From: Alcanivorax sp.
GTDB lineage: Bacteria > Pseudomonadota > Gammaproteobacteria > Pseudomonadales > Alcanivoracaceae
DNA: 64,000 bases
NCBI RefSeq assembly: GCF_040119285.1
Contig: NZ_JBEDTY010000039.1
Span: 18,970-82,969, forward strand
Direction of reading: 5' to 3'
Part shown: piece after piece, positions 8,124 through 18,471 of the stretch
Layout of the letters: the number at the start of each line of letters is the position of its first letter
How positions within the stretch are numbered: position 1 is the first letter of the stretch
Made by a program: the position numbers and the translations under genes
Notes under the pieces: generated by a model
The model's database searches: none
Told to the model about the DNA's origin: nothing
What the model saw: only the letters and a program-made list of their open reading frames with translations

Positions 8124-10418
8124 ATGTTTAACCTACTGATGAATTGGATGCGGGATAACAAGATCCTGCCACAGATTTCCGATACCGAACGCCAAGCGCT
8201 AGAAGCCGGCGACGTGTGGATCGACGGGCAATTTTTTGGCGGCAAGGTCGATTTTGAAAAAATCCTCGCTGAAAACTACGACACCCTTCCCGAACACGAA
8301 CAGGCCTACATTGATGGCCCTGTGGAAGAACTGCTGAGAATGGCCGACAGCTACGCTCTGTCGCGCACCCGCAAACTGCCCGATCATCTGTTTACCTTCA
8401 TGGCAGAGAATGGCTTCTTCGGCATGCAGATCGCCAAAGAGTACGGCGGCAACCCCATGTCCACCCAGGCGAAGTCCTGCATTATGGCCAAAGTCAGCTC
8501 TCATTCAGGGCTCATCAGCGCCATGGTGGTGATTCCCAATTCCCTCGGGGCAGCGGAACTATTGGGCCATTACGGCACCGATGAGCAAAAGCAGTATTAC
8601 CTGCCAAAGCTGGCCAACGGCGAATTTATTCCCTGCTTCGGCCTCACCGAGCCCACTGCCGGCTCCGACGCGGCGTCTATCAAGGCGGAAGGCGAAGTCT
8701 TCAAAGACAGCGACGGCGAGATCAAATTCAAACTTAACTTCCGCAAGCGTTACATCACCCTTGCGCCGGTTTCCAACCTGATCTCGCTGGCCGTGCGCCT
8801 ACACGATCCGGAAAACCTGCTGGGCAAAGGTGAAGACGCAGGCATCACCGTCGTGCTGCTGGAAAAAGGCTTGGACGGGCTGCATATCGGCGACCATCAC
8901 CAACCCATTGGCGAGCATTTCCCCAACGGCCCCATTGTCGGTCGCGATGTAATCGTACCCGCCAGCAATGTGTTGGGGGGCGTGGAACACACCGGCATGG
9001 GCTGGAAGATGTTAATGGAAGCTCTGGCAGGCGGGCGCATGGTGTCACTGCCCGCCACCGGCATTTGCGGCATTCGCCATGGTGCCATGATCGCCGGCGC
9101 CTATTCCATGGTGCGCCAACAGTTCGGCATCCCCGTGGGCCGCATGGAAGGTGTGGAACACAAGATTGGTAAAGCCGCCGGCATGACCTACGCCTTTGAT
9201 GCTGCCCGCGTGTTTGGTTGCTCCGCCGTGGACAAGGGTATCCAGCCCCCTGTGACCTCCGCCATCATGAAGGCCTACTCTACAGAAATGGGACGCGATA
9301 CCGGCACCGACGCCATGGATGTGACCGCCGGCTACGGCGTCATGCAGGGCCCCAACAACACCATGGGTCGCCTTTACAACTCGGCCCCGGTGAGCGTCAC
9401 CGTGGAAGGGGCCAACATCATGACCCGCACCCTGATGATCTTTGGTCAGGGCGCCACCCGCTGTCACCCCTACGCTTACAATGTAGTGCAAGCCGTGGAA
9501 AACGACGACGCTGACGCCTTCCGTAAAAACCTCACCGGCTGGATGATCCAGTTCTTGCTGGGCTTCGTTATGAGCCTGGTACGCGGCGTCACCCGCGGTT
9601 TCTTGACCGTAAAAGTGCCCAACGTGGAACCAAAAACGAAAAGCATTTATCGCCGCCTGGGCTGGGCCGCCACCCGCTTCGGCCTGCTCACTAACCTGGC
9701 CATGTTCTTTGTCGGCGGGAAACTGAAAGCCCGTGGCAACCTGACTGGCCGTTATGCCGACGCCGTTGCCTGGTTGTACATTACCACCTCGGCGCTGCGC
9801 CGCTTTGAAGCGGAAGGCCGCAAGGCAGAAGATCTGGCGCTCGTGCAATACGCTGGTGAATACGGCCTCACCCAGATCCAGCAGGCCTTCGAAGGCATCT
9901 ACGAAAACTTCGACGGCCCGGTGGGCGTGATATTGAAAACCATTGGCCGTATCGGCTTGGGTCTGAACCCGCTGGCCAAGCTACCGAACGATCAGCTTAG
10001 TCACCAAGCCGCGCAAGCCCTGCAAAGCTATGGCGACCAGTACAAACGCTTGGTTGGCGGCAACTACATGCCAGAGGAAAGCGATCAAGGACTGGGACGC
10101 CTACTCAAGGCCTTCCGTCTGACCACCGAAGCCGAACCCGTACGCGAAAAAATTCGGGCGGCGCAAAAAGCTCGCAAGCTGGGCAAAGGTAAAGTAGAAG
10201 CATTGGCCGCCGAGGCCGCTTCACAACGGCTAATTTCCGACGCCGAGCTGGCTACGCTAAACGCTGCCACCGAAGCGTGCCTACTGGCCATCGAAGTGGA
10301 TGTCTTCACGAAAGATGAGTACTACGGAGCAGGCGGCATTCCTGCCATGAGTGCCACCGGCGATGGCGGCCTGCAACCCGCCGCCAAACCCGAGCAGGCC
10401 AAGACTTCCGGCGAATAA
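8124..10418 (+). CDS. fadE: large FadE-type acyl-CoA dehydrogenase
   Basis: 764 aa. ACAD motif GLTEPTAGSDA, with the long N- and C-terminal extensions typical of E. coli FadE-like enzymes. Confidence 0.85.
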   Translation: MFNLLMNWMRDNKILPQISDTERQALEAGDVWIDGQFFGGKVDFEKILAENYDTLPEHEQAYIDGPVEELLRMADSYALSRTRKLPDHLFTFMAENGFFGMQIAKEYGGNPMSTQAKSCIMAKVSSHSGLISAMVVIPNSLGAAELLGHYGTDEQKQYYLPKLANGEFIPCFGLTEPTAGSDAASIKAEGEVFKDSDGEIKFKLNFRKRYITLAPVSNLISLAVRLHDPENLLGKGEDAGITVVLLEKGLDGLHIGDHHQPIGEHFPNGPIVGRDVIVPASNVLGGVEHTGMGWKMLMEALAGGRMVSLPATGICGIRHGAMIAGAYSMVRQQFGIPVGRMEGVEHKIGKAAGMTYAFDAARVFGCSAVDKGIQPPVTSAIMKAYSTEMGRDTGTDAMDVTAGYGVMQGPNNTMGRLYNSAPVSVTVEGANIMTRTLMIFGQGATRCHPYAYNVVQAVENDDADAFRKNLTGWMIQFLLGFVMSLVRGVTRGFLTVKVPNVEPKTKSIYRRLGWAATRFGLLTNLAMFFVGGKLKARGNLTGRYADAVAWLYITTSALRRFEAEGRKAEDLALVQYAGEYGLTQIQQAFEGIYENFDGPVGVILKTIGRIGLGLNPLAKLPNDQLSHQAAQALQSYGDQYKRLVGGNYMPEESDQGLGRLLKAFRLTTEAEPVREKIRAAQKARKLGKGKVEALAAEAASQRLISDAELATLNAATEACLLAIEVDVFTKDEYYGAGGIPAMSATGDGGLQPAAKPEQAKTSGE

Positions 10419-10528
10419 CCGGCCGTCCTCACGGGCCAGTGCCTACTGGCCCGATCACTCCTGCCACCCCCCGGGCCCGTCAGGGTTTGGGCGCCGTAAC
10501 AAACAACGAACCAGATAACGGACTAACT

Positions 10529-11419
10529 ATGAGCCTTCAAGCCCGCCTCATCAAAGCCATGACCAAGCGCACCATCAAACGCTCCGGTCTCAACCAGGAT
10601 CAACTGGTACGGCATCTGCGTAAAGTATTCAACGAAACCCCGGTTCTGACCCTACTGCCTCGTGGAGTAAAACTCAGCCGTGTGGAGCACCCCGCTTTTA
10701 TCGGTGACCGAATAAGCGTGCAGCGTCCGGAAATGGCGGTGCTTTACCTGCATGGTGGCGCCTACATTGGCGGCATTACCAAGACCTACCACAACTTGGC
10801 CGGGCGGCTGGCAAAAAAACTAAACGCCGAGGTATTCCTGCCCGTCTATCCGTTTGCCCCAGAGCACCCTTATCCGGCCGCAGTGAATCGAGTCATGGAG
10901 GCCTACGAATACCTATTAAGCCTAGGCAAGCAACCGCAGGATATCGTTATTGCCGGCGATTCCGCCGGTGGCGGACTCACCTTGGCCACCCTGCTGCAAA
11001 TCCGCGATAAAGGGCTGGAACAACCTCGCTGCGCGGTGACGTTTTCGCCCGCCAGCAACGCCTTTCCTGACGACAGCATCCTGGATGCCCTAGACCCCAG
11101 CGATGCGATGCTGTCTGCAGACATCATTCGCACTGCTATCGAAATCTATACCCCCAACCCAGAAGACCGCAGCCAGCCCTACGCCTCCCCCTGCCTAGGA
11201 GACTACACCAATATCTGCCCGCTACTGATTACTGCCAGCACCGACGAACTGCTTTATGCAGATAGCAAGCGCGTAAAGCGCGTGGCAGAGAAGGCGGGCG
11301 TCAAGGTGACATGGATAGAGCGCTCCGGCGTATTCCATGTATGGCCAGTCATGGTGCCCTTCCTGCCTGAGGCGAACAAAGACCTGAAACGGATTGTCGC
11401 ATTCATTAAAGAGGCATAG
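10529..11419 (+). CDS. alpha/beta hydrolase fold-3 esterase/lipase (hormone-sensitive-lipase family)
   Basis: ORF 10439..11419 trimmed to ATG 10529 (MSLQARLIK...). Has the oxyanion motif LHGGAYIGG and nucleophile elbow GDSAGG. Start codon is uncertain. Confidence 0.8.
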   Translation: MSLQARLIKAMTKRTIKRSGLNQDQLVRHLRKVFNETPVLTLLPRGVKLSRVEHPAFIGDRISVQRPEMAVLYLHGGAYIGGITKTYHNLAGRLAKKLNAEVFLPVYPFAPEHPYPAAVNRVMEAYEYLLSLGKQPQDIVIAGDSAGGGLTLATLLQIRDKGLEQPRCAVTFSPASNAFPDDSILDALDPSDAMLSADIIRTAIEIYTPNPEDRSQPYASPCLGDYTNICPLLITASTDELLYADSKRVKRVAEKAGVKVTWIERSGVFHVWPVMVPFLPEANKDLKRIVAFIKEA

Positions 11420-11561
11420 GGACGAAGGCCTGAGGCGATAAAAATCGAGCCCTCAGCGTTACAACCCTGGTTGAGGTTTTAGACATTAATCATTGAACGT
11501 TTCTGTCATTGCCGCGCCGCCTTCAACATTCTTTACTGGCGTTTACTCACAAGGAGGCGGC

Positions 11562-12785
11562 ATGAGCGATTTACTGCCCCGGATTCACCCAGACGATTAC
11601 TGCAACGAAGACCTACCGACCCTCAGCCAACCCTGGTGGCAAACCTTGCCGTCCAGCTTTCACAGCATGCCGGATCATTTCCTGGCAGATAACGATACCA
11701 GCTGGCGCATCAACAGTACCGCGGCTGTAGATACACTGGCCCGTACCGGCCTGGCCTTGATGGCCGGCGTGGCGGCTCTGCCCGCCACGCTCAACGCCGC
11801 ACGACTCAACGACGAACGGGCGCTTACAGACTTCTATCGCCCTTTCCTGGCTGAGAGCGATCCCAATACTTTTTTCACACCGCCCACCGTATCGGCAAAA
11901 ATCAAGCGCACACCGGTATCCAGTTACCATTTTCAACCGGAAGACGGCGACGCCCATACCTTACATTTTGCCTCCCCTTTTGTGCCTAAAAACCCGGACC
12001 TAAGGGAACGTTATCTGGACCATACCCGTAACGGCACCGCCTGGGCACAGCACTGGCGTCATCACGATGGCCCGCGACCGACGCTGGTAATGATTCATGG
12101 GTTTGTGGCCGACCCTTACTGGCTCAACACTCGCTGGCTGGCGCTGCCCTGGTTCTACAAGCAGGGATTCGATGTACTGCTCTATACGCTGCCGTTCCAT
12201 GGCCGGCGCAAAAGCCGTTTCGCTCCGTTCAGTGGCGCGGAGTTTTTCAGCCAAGGCATGGCGCTACTCAACGAAACCTTCGCCCACGCTATTCATGACT
12301 TGCGTTTGTTCATGCAAATGTTACGCGAACAAGGCTCCCCCGCCATCGGAGCCACCGGCATATCCCTGGGCGGTTACACGACTGGCCTGCTGGCCGCACT
12401 AGAAAAAGACTTGGCCTTTGCGATACCCAATGTGCCGTTGGTCAGCGTGATTGATTTGATGAAGAGCTGGTTTCCAATCAACCAACAAGTGAAGCTACTC
12501 AATCGCATCTATGACACCAACACCGCAGGCCTTCGTGAAATCACCGCCCTGCACTCGCCCCTCACTTGGCCCTGCCAAGTACCGCAAAGCGGGCGCATGA
12601 TCATCGGTGGTGCCGGCGACCGATTCGCCCCCCCAAAACATAGCCACCTGTTACGCCAACACTGGAACAACTGTGATGTGCATTGGTTCCCAGGCAACCA
12701 CTTGCTACACCTGGATCAGGGCTTATACCTGAAAGCCATGCGGGACTTTATGCGCCAGGCGTTTGCCGAAAAAGGGGTGAGCTAA
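11562..12785 (+). CDS. alpha/beta hydrolase (ABHD18/DUF2048-like)
   Basis: ORF 11493..12785 trimmed to ATG 11562, which follows AAGGAGG. Has the nucleophile elbow GISLGG and MIHGF. The subfamily call is from memory only. Confidence 0.7.
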   Translation: MSDLLPRIHPDDYCNEDLPTLSQPWWQTLPSSFHSMPDHFLADNDTSWRINSTAAVDTLARTGLALMAGVAALPATLNAARLNDERALTDFYRPFLAESDPNTFFTPPTVSAKIKRTPVSSYHFQPEDGDAHTLHFASPFVPKNPDLRERYLDHTRNGTAWAQHWRHHDGPRPTLVMIHGFVADPYWLNTRWLALPWFYKQGFDVLLYTLPFHGRRKSRFAPFSGAEFFSQGMALLNETFAHAIHDLRLFMQMLREQGSPAIGATGISLGGYTTGLLAALEKDLAFAIPNVPLVSVIDLMKSWFPINQQVKLLNRIYDTNTAGLREITALHSPLTWPCQVPQSGRMIIGGAGDRFAPPKHSHLLRQHWNNCDVHWFPGNHLLHLDQGLYLKAMRDFMRQAFAEKGVS

Positions 12786-12816
12786 GCACCTGAAGTCCGC
12801 AAACCCCACTTCTTTT

Positions 12817-12839
12817 ATAGGAGCGCGGGGCTCCGCGAT
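12817..12839. repeat. REP-like palindromic element (TAGGAGC...GCGA class)
   Basis: The sequence ataggagcgcggggctccgcgat has an internal palindrome ggagc/gctcc. It shares the TAGGAGC...GCGA frame with the arms at 54166 and 54294, and sits between convergent genes. Confidence 0.45.
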
Positions 12840-12855
12840 GCAAACTCGACTCAGC

Positions 12856-12886
12856 GCCCTAGCGGCTTAAATGAAACCGCTAGGGC
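12856..12886. terminator. hairpin between convergent genes, probable bidirectional terminator
   Basis: Perfect 10-bp stem gccctagcgg / ccgctagggc with an 11-nt loop. It overlaps the stop codon (12880-12882) of the DUF502 gene. Confidence 0.5.
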
Positions 12887-13515
12887 ACTTTAGGGGTATC
12901 TGTCTTGAACAAGTTTGCCGTGCCCGCCCCGCAGGAAACCACCGTTTTCATCATGCTCTCCACACCGATTTCCGGATGCAGCTCCACCAGCGAAGCATCT
13001 AGATGATAAATAAACCCGCTGGTGGGGTTAGGGCTAGTGGGTACAAATACGGTGACGTGGCCATCCGCGTGGCGAGAAGTAACCAACGCAGTAACAGACA
13101 CGTCAGCCTCTCTTCCATAGAGCCACACCCGCGCCACTTCGCCCCGGCTGAATGGGCTATCCGCACTACTGCCCATCAACTGGGCAATCAGTTCACGCAC
13201 CGTGGTGTAGCCGGGTAAGCGAGTCATCACATGTTCTTCCCACTGCTGCCAGGCCCAGCTCCCCACTCGGGTTGCCACCAGGGTGCCAACCAGAAAACAC
13301 AGCACCATGACCGCCAGCACCGATAGCCAATCCGCGACAAACTTTGGCAATCCGAAAGCACTGATAAACACCGAGGTAAAAGGAGAAATCAGCTCAGTCA
13401 CTGTCTGATAAATCCATTTGAAGAAGAACACGATAATGGAAATCGGCAACAGGATGGTGAGCCCACCCAGCAGCGACTTGCGAATAAAAAACCAGATACG
13501 GTTGTTAGCGCTCAT
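12880..13515 (-). CDS. DUF502 family membrane protein
   Basis: 211 aa with two N-terminal TM helices and the conserved VFVPTSPNPTSGF motif typical of DUF502. Confidence 0.8.
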   Translation of the reverse strand: MSANNRIWFFIRKSLLGGLTILLPISIIVFFFKWIYQTVTELISPFTSVFISAFGLPKFVADWLSVLAVMVLCFLVGTLVATRVGSWAWQQWEEHVMTRLPGYTTVRELIAQLMGSSADSPFSRGEVARVWLYGREADVSVTALVTSRHADGHVTVFVPTSPNPTSGFIYHLDASLVELHPEIGVESMMKTVVSCGAGTANLFKTDTPKVP

Positions 13516-13589
13516 CGGCGGAGAATTCCTCTATTATTTTGGCAAGCGAGCCTGACCACCAGCCCATACGCGCCTGTACAAGCCTAGGC

Positions 13590-14105
13590 TCAATCCCGAC
13601 GTGCAGGCTCTTCGTACCAAATGCGGTTGATAAACAGACAACGCTCGCCGGCAGGGGTTCGCACCTCCACCTCGTCATCCACCTGTTTCTTGAGCAAGGC
13701 TCGCGCCAATGGCGCATCAATACTGATATAGCCCCTTCCCGCATCGGTTTCATCTGGACCCACCAACCGGTAGGTTTCAGTGTCTCCGGTGTCATTTTCC
13801 AGCTCCACCCAAGCACCAAAGAACACCCGACTTTGGTCTTCCGGCACCCGGTCAACCACCGTCATGTCATCCAGACGCTTACTAAGAAAACGCACCCGGC
13901 GATCAATTTCCCGCAGCTGTTTCTTGCCGTAGATGTATTCTGCGTTCTCCGAGCGATCGCCCTGGGCGGCCGCCTCCTGCACCGACTGGGTGATCTCAGG
14001 GCGCTTCTGCTTCCACAAATATTGCAGCTCATCGTTGAGCTTGTGGTATCCCTCAACGGTGATGTACTTGGAGGCAGGTTTGCCCTTCGGTCGCCAGCGG
14101 CCCAT
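13590..14105 (-). CDS. greB: transcription elongation (cleavage) factor GreB
   Basis: ORF 13590..14345 trimmed to Met81 (MGRWRPKGKPASKYITVEGYHKLNDEL...), 171 aa. Has the Gre coiled-coil with acidic tip (AAQGDRSENAEY) and the C-terminal Gre domain. Confidence 0.88.
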   Translation of the reverse strand: MGRWRPKGKPASKYITVEGYHKLNDELQYLWKQKRPEITQSVQEAAAQGDRSENAEYIYGKKQLREIDRRVRFLSKRLDDMTVVDRVPEDQSRVFFGAWVELENDTGDTETYRLVGPDETDAGRGYISIDAPLARALLKKQVDDEVEVRTPAGERCLFINRIWYEEPARRD

Positions 14106-14109
14106 GGGG

Positions 14110-14532
14110 TTATACCTCGAAGATCCGGTGCAATTCGCGCAGCCCCTTGAACTCCAAGGTGTTGCCAGAGGGGTCCTGAACAAAGAACGTTCCTTGCTCC
14201 GCGGGCTGCCCCGCGAATCGCTCACGAGGCTTAAGCAGAAACGGCCACTGGTGCTGGTAAATCCGCTCCACCAGGGCCTCCCAGCAGGCAAAGCCGAGCA
14301 CCACGCCAAAATGTGGCATCGGCACTGGATGGCCGTCCACCTCACTGTAGCCCTGGATCGGCGTTAAATTTTCACCTTTATGCAAGGAGAGCTGATGTCC
14401 GTGCAGGTCCACATCCACCCAGTTCGGAGCATCGCGCCCACGACGCCCACCCAGCACGCGGCAATAAAAATCCGCAGCGTCTTCCAGATCATTCACCAGA
14501 AAAGCCAAATGAAAGGCCGGTTGTTTTTCCAT
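14110..14532 (-). CDS. VOC (glyoxalase/bleomycin resistance/dioxygenase) family protein
   Basis: 140 aa. The N-terminal FHLAFLVNDLEDAADFY and C-terminal FVQDPSGNTLEF are typical VOC beta-alpha-beta-beta-beta modules. Ends 4 nt before the greB start, so probably one operon. Confidence 0.75.
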   Translation of the reverse strand: MEKQPAFHLAFLVNDLEDAADFYCRVLGGRRGRDAPNWVDVDLHGHQLSLHKGENLTPIQGYSEVDGHPVPMPHFGVVLGFACWEALVERIYQHQWPFLLKPRERFAGQPAEQGTFFVQDPSGNTLEFKGLRELHRIFEV

Positions 14533-14621
14533 CGTCTACCGCTCTTGCTAAACTCACGTGATTCAGCCTGATGCCAACACATCCATAGGCGTGTTGTTTG
14601 TAATGCGATTGGATGCATTGA

Positions 14622-15749
<1,128 letters not shown>

Positions 15750-15936
15750 CCGCTGGCGCGACACGCAGCGAAATTAAGACAAAGCAGGAGCGACCAGGGC
15801 TTGTCGTTCCTGCCGTTACAGCCTTCTCAAGGCCCTATTGGCTGCCTTCTGAGGCCTTACCCTCCGCAACGAACAATCCTCACGCTCTGACTACTTTTTC
15901 GCTTTTTCTGCTCCTTTTTTCGGGTCTCTGGCCCTA

Positions 15937-15950
15937 GGAGCCATACTGAT
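15937..15950. repeat. degenerate REP remnant
   Basis: The sequence taggagccatactg shares its first 10 nt with the REP arm taggagccatgcttgcatggcgaa at 54168, but lacks the second half. Confidence 0.3.
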
Positions 15951-16084
15951 CTGCACTCTATTTAAGTGTGTTAAGCTTTTGGATTCCGTCCACCCTTGCC
16001 GCCACCGGCAAGAAAAACAATCGCTGGATATCATTCAGCAATCCAGGGCGTCCCAAGGGGTGAAAGAACTCTGAAGCCAGCCAC

Positions 16085-16112
16085 AAAAAACCGGCAGATT
16101 TGCCGGCTTTTT
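16085..16112. terminator. bidirectional rho-independent terminator
   Basis: Stem ccggca / tgccgg with loop gatt, flanked by an A6 run upstream and a T5 run downstream. Lies 17 nt beyond the stop of the minus-strand receptor gene. Confidence 0.75.
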
Positions 16113-16128
16113 GACCCTTCTATCGTTA

Positions 16129-18225
16129 TCAGAAACGATAGCGAGCGTTAGCAGTAACGGTGCGTCGTTCGCCGTACCCGCAATCGGTACCGGGCCCACG
16201 ACACCAGGAAATATATTCTTCATCGGTGAGGTTCTGGACATTCATGCTTAAATCCCAGTTCTGGATACCGTAACCAAGCATTACATCATACAAGGTCTCA
16301 GCGGGGACTTTCGGCCCGCCGCCAAAACCAACATTATCACCAATATAACGAACACCCCCACCAACGCGCAGGCCATTCTCAAGCGCGTACTTGCCCCAGC
16401 CAGAGACCAAACGATCCGCCACGTAAGGCAGCCTTACACCATTTTCATCATCAATGGCACGCAGATCCGTCATACTAGCCTGTACCTCCAGGTTGCCCAG
16501 CATTTTCTTGATTTCCAGCTCCCAACCTTCGGACTTGGCACCAATCTGATCCACTTGCTGAGCCTGGCCAGAAGGAATCACCCGGTTGGTTTCCTCAATA
16601 TAGAAATAGGCAGCCGTTACCGAAAAGTCGCCACTATCATTGAGATATTTCAGACCCGCTTCTTCCTGCTCCCCTGTCGAGGCGTCGAGGCTTTGATCTG
16701 CTGCGTTAGCGCCCAAGTTCGGAGTAAATGACTGTGAGTAACTCAAGTACGGCGATAGGCCAAACGCGAAGTGGTACATAACACCAAGACGGCCAGTGGT
16801 TTCTTCATCATCACGCTTGGTATCCGGCCCTGATACCGCCAGGATTTTGTTGGTGGAATTATCATGCCGCAGGGCGCTGGAAATGGCGAAGTTGCCAATA
16901 TCCATGTGATCAATGACGTAGATACCGCTCTGCTTAATTTGATTGTCTGGGCGATCAACCGGGTTCAGTGCAGCATAGTTAACTGTGCCATAAGCAGGGT
17001 TATACAAATTGATTGTGCCACCCTGCCCATAGCCGTAGAAGTAATTGCCTTGTTCCCACAACGCATCCTGTCGGTCCACGCCCACAGCCAGGCGATGCCG
17101 GGTAACCCCTAGATCAACATCCCCTTCCAAACGGATATCAACGTTTTTTACTTCAGTATCATTGTCCGCCATATAGATGGTGCGCGGTGTATCACCATTA
17201 GGTGCGACCCCAGCACCGATAGCCGCCCAATGCTGGCGAGTCTCTGAGCTGGAGGAGGTGTAACGGCCGGTGGCAGCAATATTCCAAGCCTCATTGAGGC
17301 GATGATCGACAAACAGGGTGACTTCATTTTTCTCACGATCGTAACGATCCCAGTCAGGCTCACCCACAAAAGTCTCCGAAGGAACATCACCTCTCACGCC
17401 CGGGTCAATCGTTCCCTCTGCAGGCAGAAACTGCGCGGACACACCACCAGAGTTCTCCTGAGCATTAAACAACACGCTGATGGTGGTGTTATCTGTGGCC
17501 AGCCACGTAATGGACGGCGCGAAAAGAAAACCATCATCGTCCACATAATCTACCTGAGTACCGCTGTCGCGCTTGAGCGCCACCAATCGGTACAGCAGCT
17601 TGCCGTCCTTGGACAAGGGCCCGGTCACATCCGCAGCCAGCTGCTTGCGATCAAAAGAGCCTGCCTGCGCCCAAAGCTCACCCTGCTGTACCGGCTTCGG
17701 CAATTTGGACACAGAATTAATAATGCCGCCCAGCTCTGACTGGCCATAAAGTACCGAGGAAGGCCCTTTAAGCACCTCAACTTGCTCCAGCGCGTACACA
17801 TTGGTGCGCACACTGTTATAACTCCCGTAAATGGAACGCAGACCATCCAGATAGAATGACGCATCCATGCCTCGCACCTTGGCCCAATCCCCGCGGGTGT
17901 CGAAGCCGAAAGCCCCTGCGTACACTCCAGAGCTGTACCTCAGGGCATCCTCAATGTTCTTGGCTCCGGTGTCTCGAATAAACTCTTCGTTCACCACACT
18001 GATCGCAAACGGGGTGTCTTCCACAGCCACATCCAGCTTGCCGGTCTTCGCCGCTTGTTGCTCCGTGATATAGCTCGCACCTTCCTCAGCACCGGCATTC
18101 ACCTCCACCGCAGGAATTACATTAGCTTCAGGGGTGTCTTCAGCCTGTACGGCCAGAGGGATCAGTGAAAGCAGGCACGCTCTCACCCATGGCGCGCCCC
18201 AAATCGCGCGGTATTGGCAAACCAT
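16129..18225 (-). CDS. TonB-dependent siderophore receptor
   Basis: ORF 16129..18255 trimmed to ATG 18225 (GGAG 7 nt upstream; MVCQYRAIWGAPWVRACLLSLIPLAVQA signal peptide). Has a plug domain (FAISVVNEEFIRDTGAKNIEDALRY), a beta-barrel, and a C-terminal ...ARYRF. Confidence 0.9.
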   Translation of the reverse strand: MVCQYRAIWGAPWVRACLLSLIPLAVQAEDTPEANVIPAVEVNAGAEEGASYITEQQAAKTGKLDVAVEDTPFAISVVNEEFIRDTGAKNIEDALRYSSGVYAGAFGFDTRGDWAKVRGMDASFYLDGLRSIYGSYNSVRTNVYALEQVEVLKGPSSVLYGQSELGGIINSVSKLPKPVQQGELWAQAGSFDRKQLAADVTGPLSKDGKLLYRLVALKRDSGTQVDYVDDDGFLFAPSITWLATDNTTISVLFNAQENSGGVSAQFLPAEGTIDPGVRGDVPSETFVGEPDWDRYDREKNEVTLFVDHRLNEAWNIAATGRYTSSSSETRQHWAAIGAGVAPNGDTPRTIYMADNDTEVKNVDIRLEGDVDLGVTRHRLAVGVDRQDALWEQGNYFYGYGQGGTINLYNPAYGTVNYAALNPVDRPDNQIKQSGIYVIDHMDIGNFAISSALRHDNSTNKILAVSGPDTKRDDEETTGRLGVMYHFAFGLSPYLSYSQSFTPNLGANAADQSLDASTGEQEEAGLKYLNDSGDFSVTAAYFYIEETNRVIPSGQAQQVDQIGAKSEGWELEIKKMLGNLEVQASMTDLRAIDDENGVRLPYVADRLVSGWGKYALENGLRVGGGVRYIGDNVGFGGGPKVPAETLYDVMLGYGIQNWDLSMNVQNLTDEEYISWCRGPGTDCGYGERRTVTANARYRF

Positions 18226-18250
18226 CGGCAAGCTCCAAATAAACATTAAC

Positions 18251-18269
18251 AGCAATGATTCGCATTATA
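18251..18269 (-). promoter_or_regulatory. Fur-box-like site upstream of the TonB-dependent receptor
   Basis: The reverse strand tataatgcgaatcattgct matches 13 of 19 positions of GATAATGATAATCATTATC. Lies 26-44 nt upstream of ATG 18225. Confidence 0.5.
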
Positions 18270-18400
18270 GTTTACATTTGATCGCTCAGGAAAGGACTTC
18301 CACTTCGCCCTCCATGCGAGCCACAGGAAGAGTGTTCAATGCCGGCATTTCCGCCCAGCCGCATCAGGCGTATTGTGAAGATAGTCGGAATTCTTCGTCC

Positions 18401-18429
18401 CTGTCATCACCGCGTCACATTAATGTCAT
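18401..18429 (+). promoter_or_regulatory. Pho-box-like direct repeats upstream of ppk
   Basis: CTGTCAT cacc GCGTCAC atta ATGTCAT: three 7-mers with 11-bp phasing, resembling the PhoB consensus CTGTCAT-N4-CTGTCAT. Ends 43 nt before the ppk ATG. Confidence 0.4.
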
Positions 18430-18471
18430 GAAATAAGCCCCATCTTCAAAGGTTCCGGTCAGGACGACACT

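Noticed and set aside
9045-9848. 267-aa minus-strand ORF inside fadE. Also 32093..32896 (+) inside the amidase gene and 24913..25557 (-) inside ubiD
   Set aside because: These are shadow ORFs opposite well-supported genes, with Gly, His and Ala-rich products that show no motifs.
13505-14367. Several 116-251 aa ORFs overlapping greB, including the 251-aa extension of greB itself
   Set aside because: GreB homology starts at Met81 (ATG 14105). The upstream extension would overlap the whole 3' end of the VOC gene, and the other ORFs are antisense.
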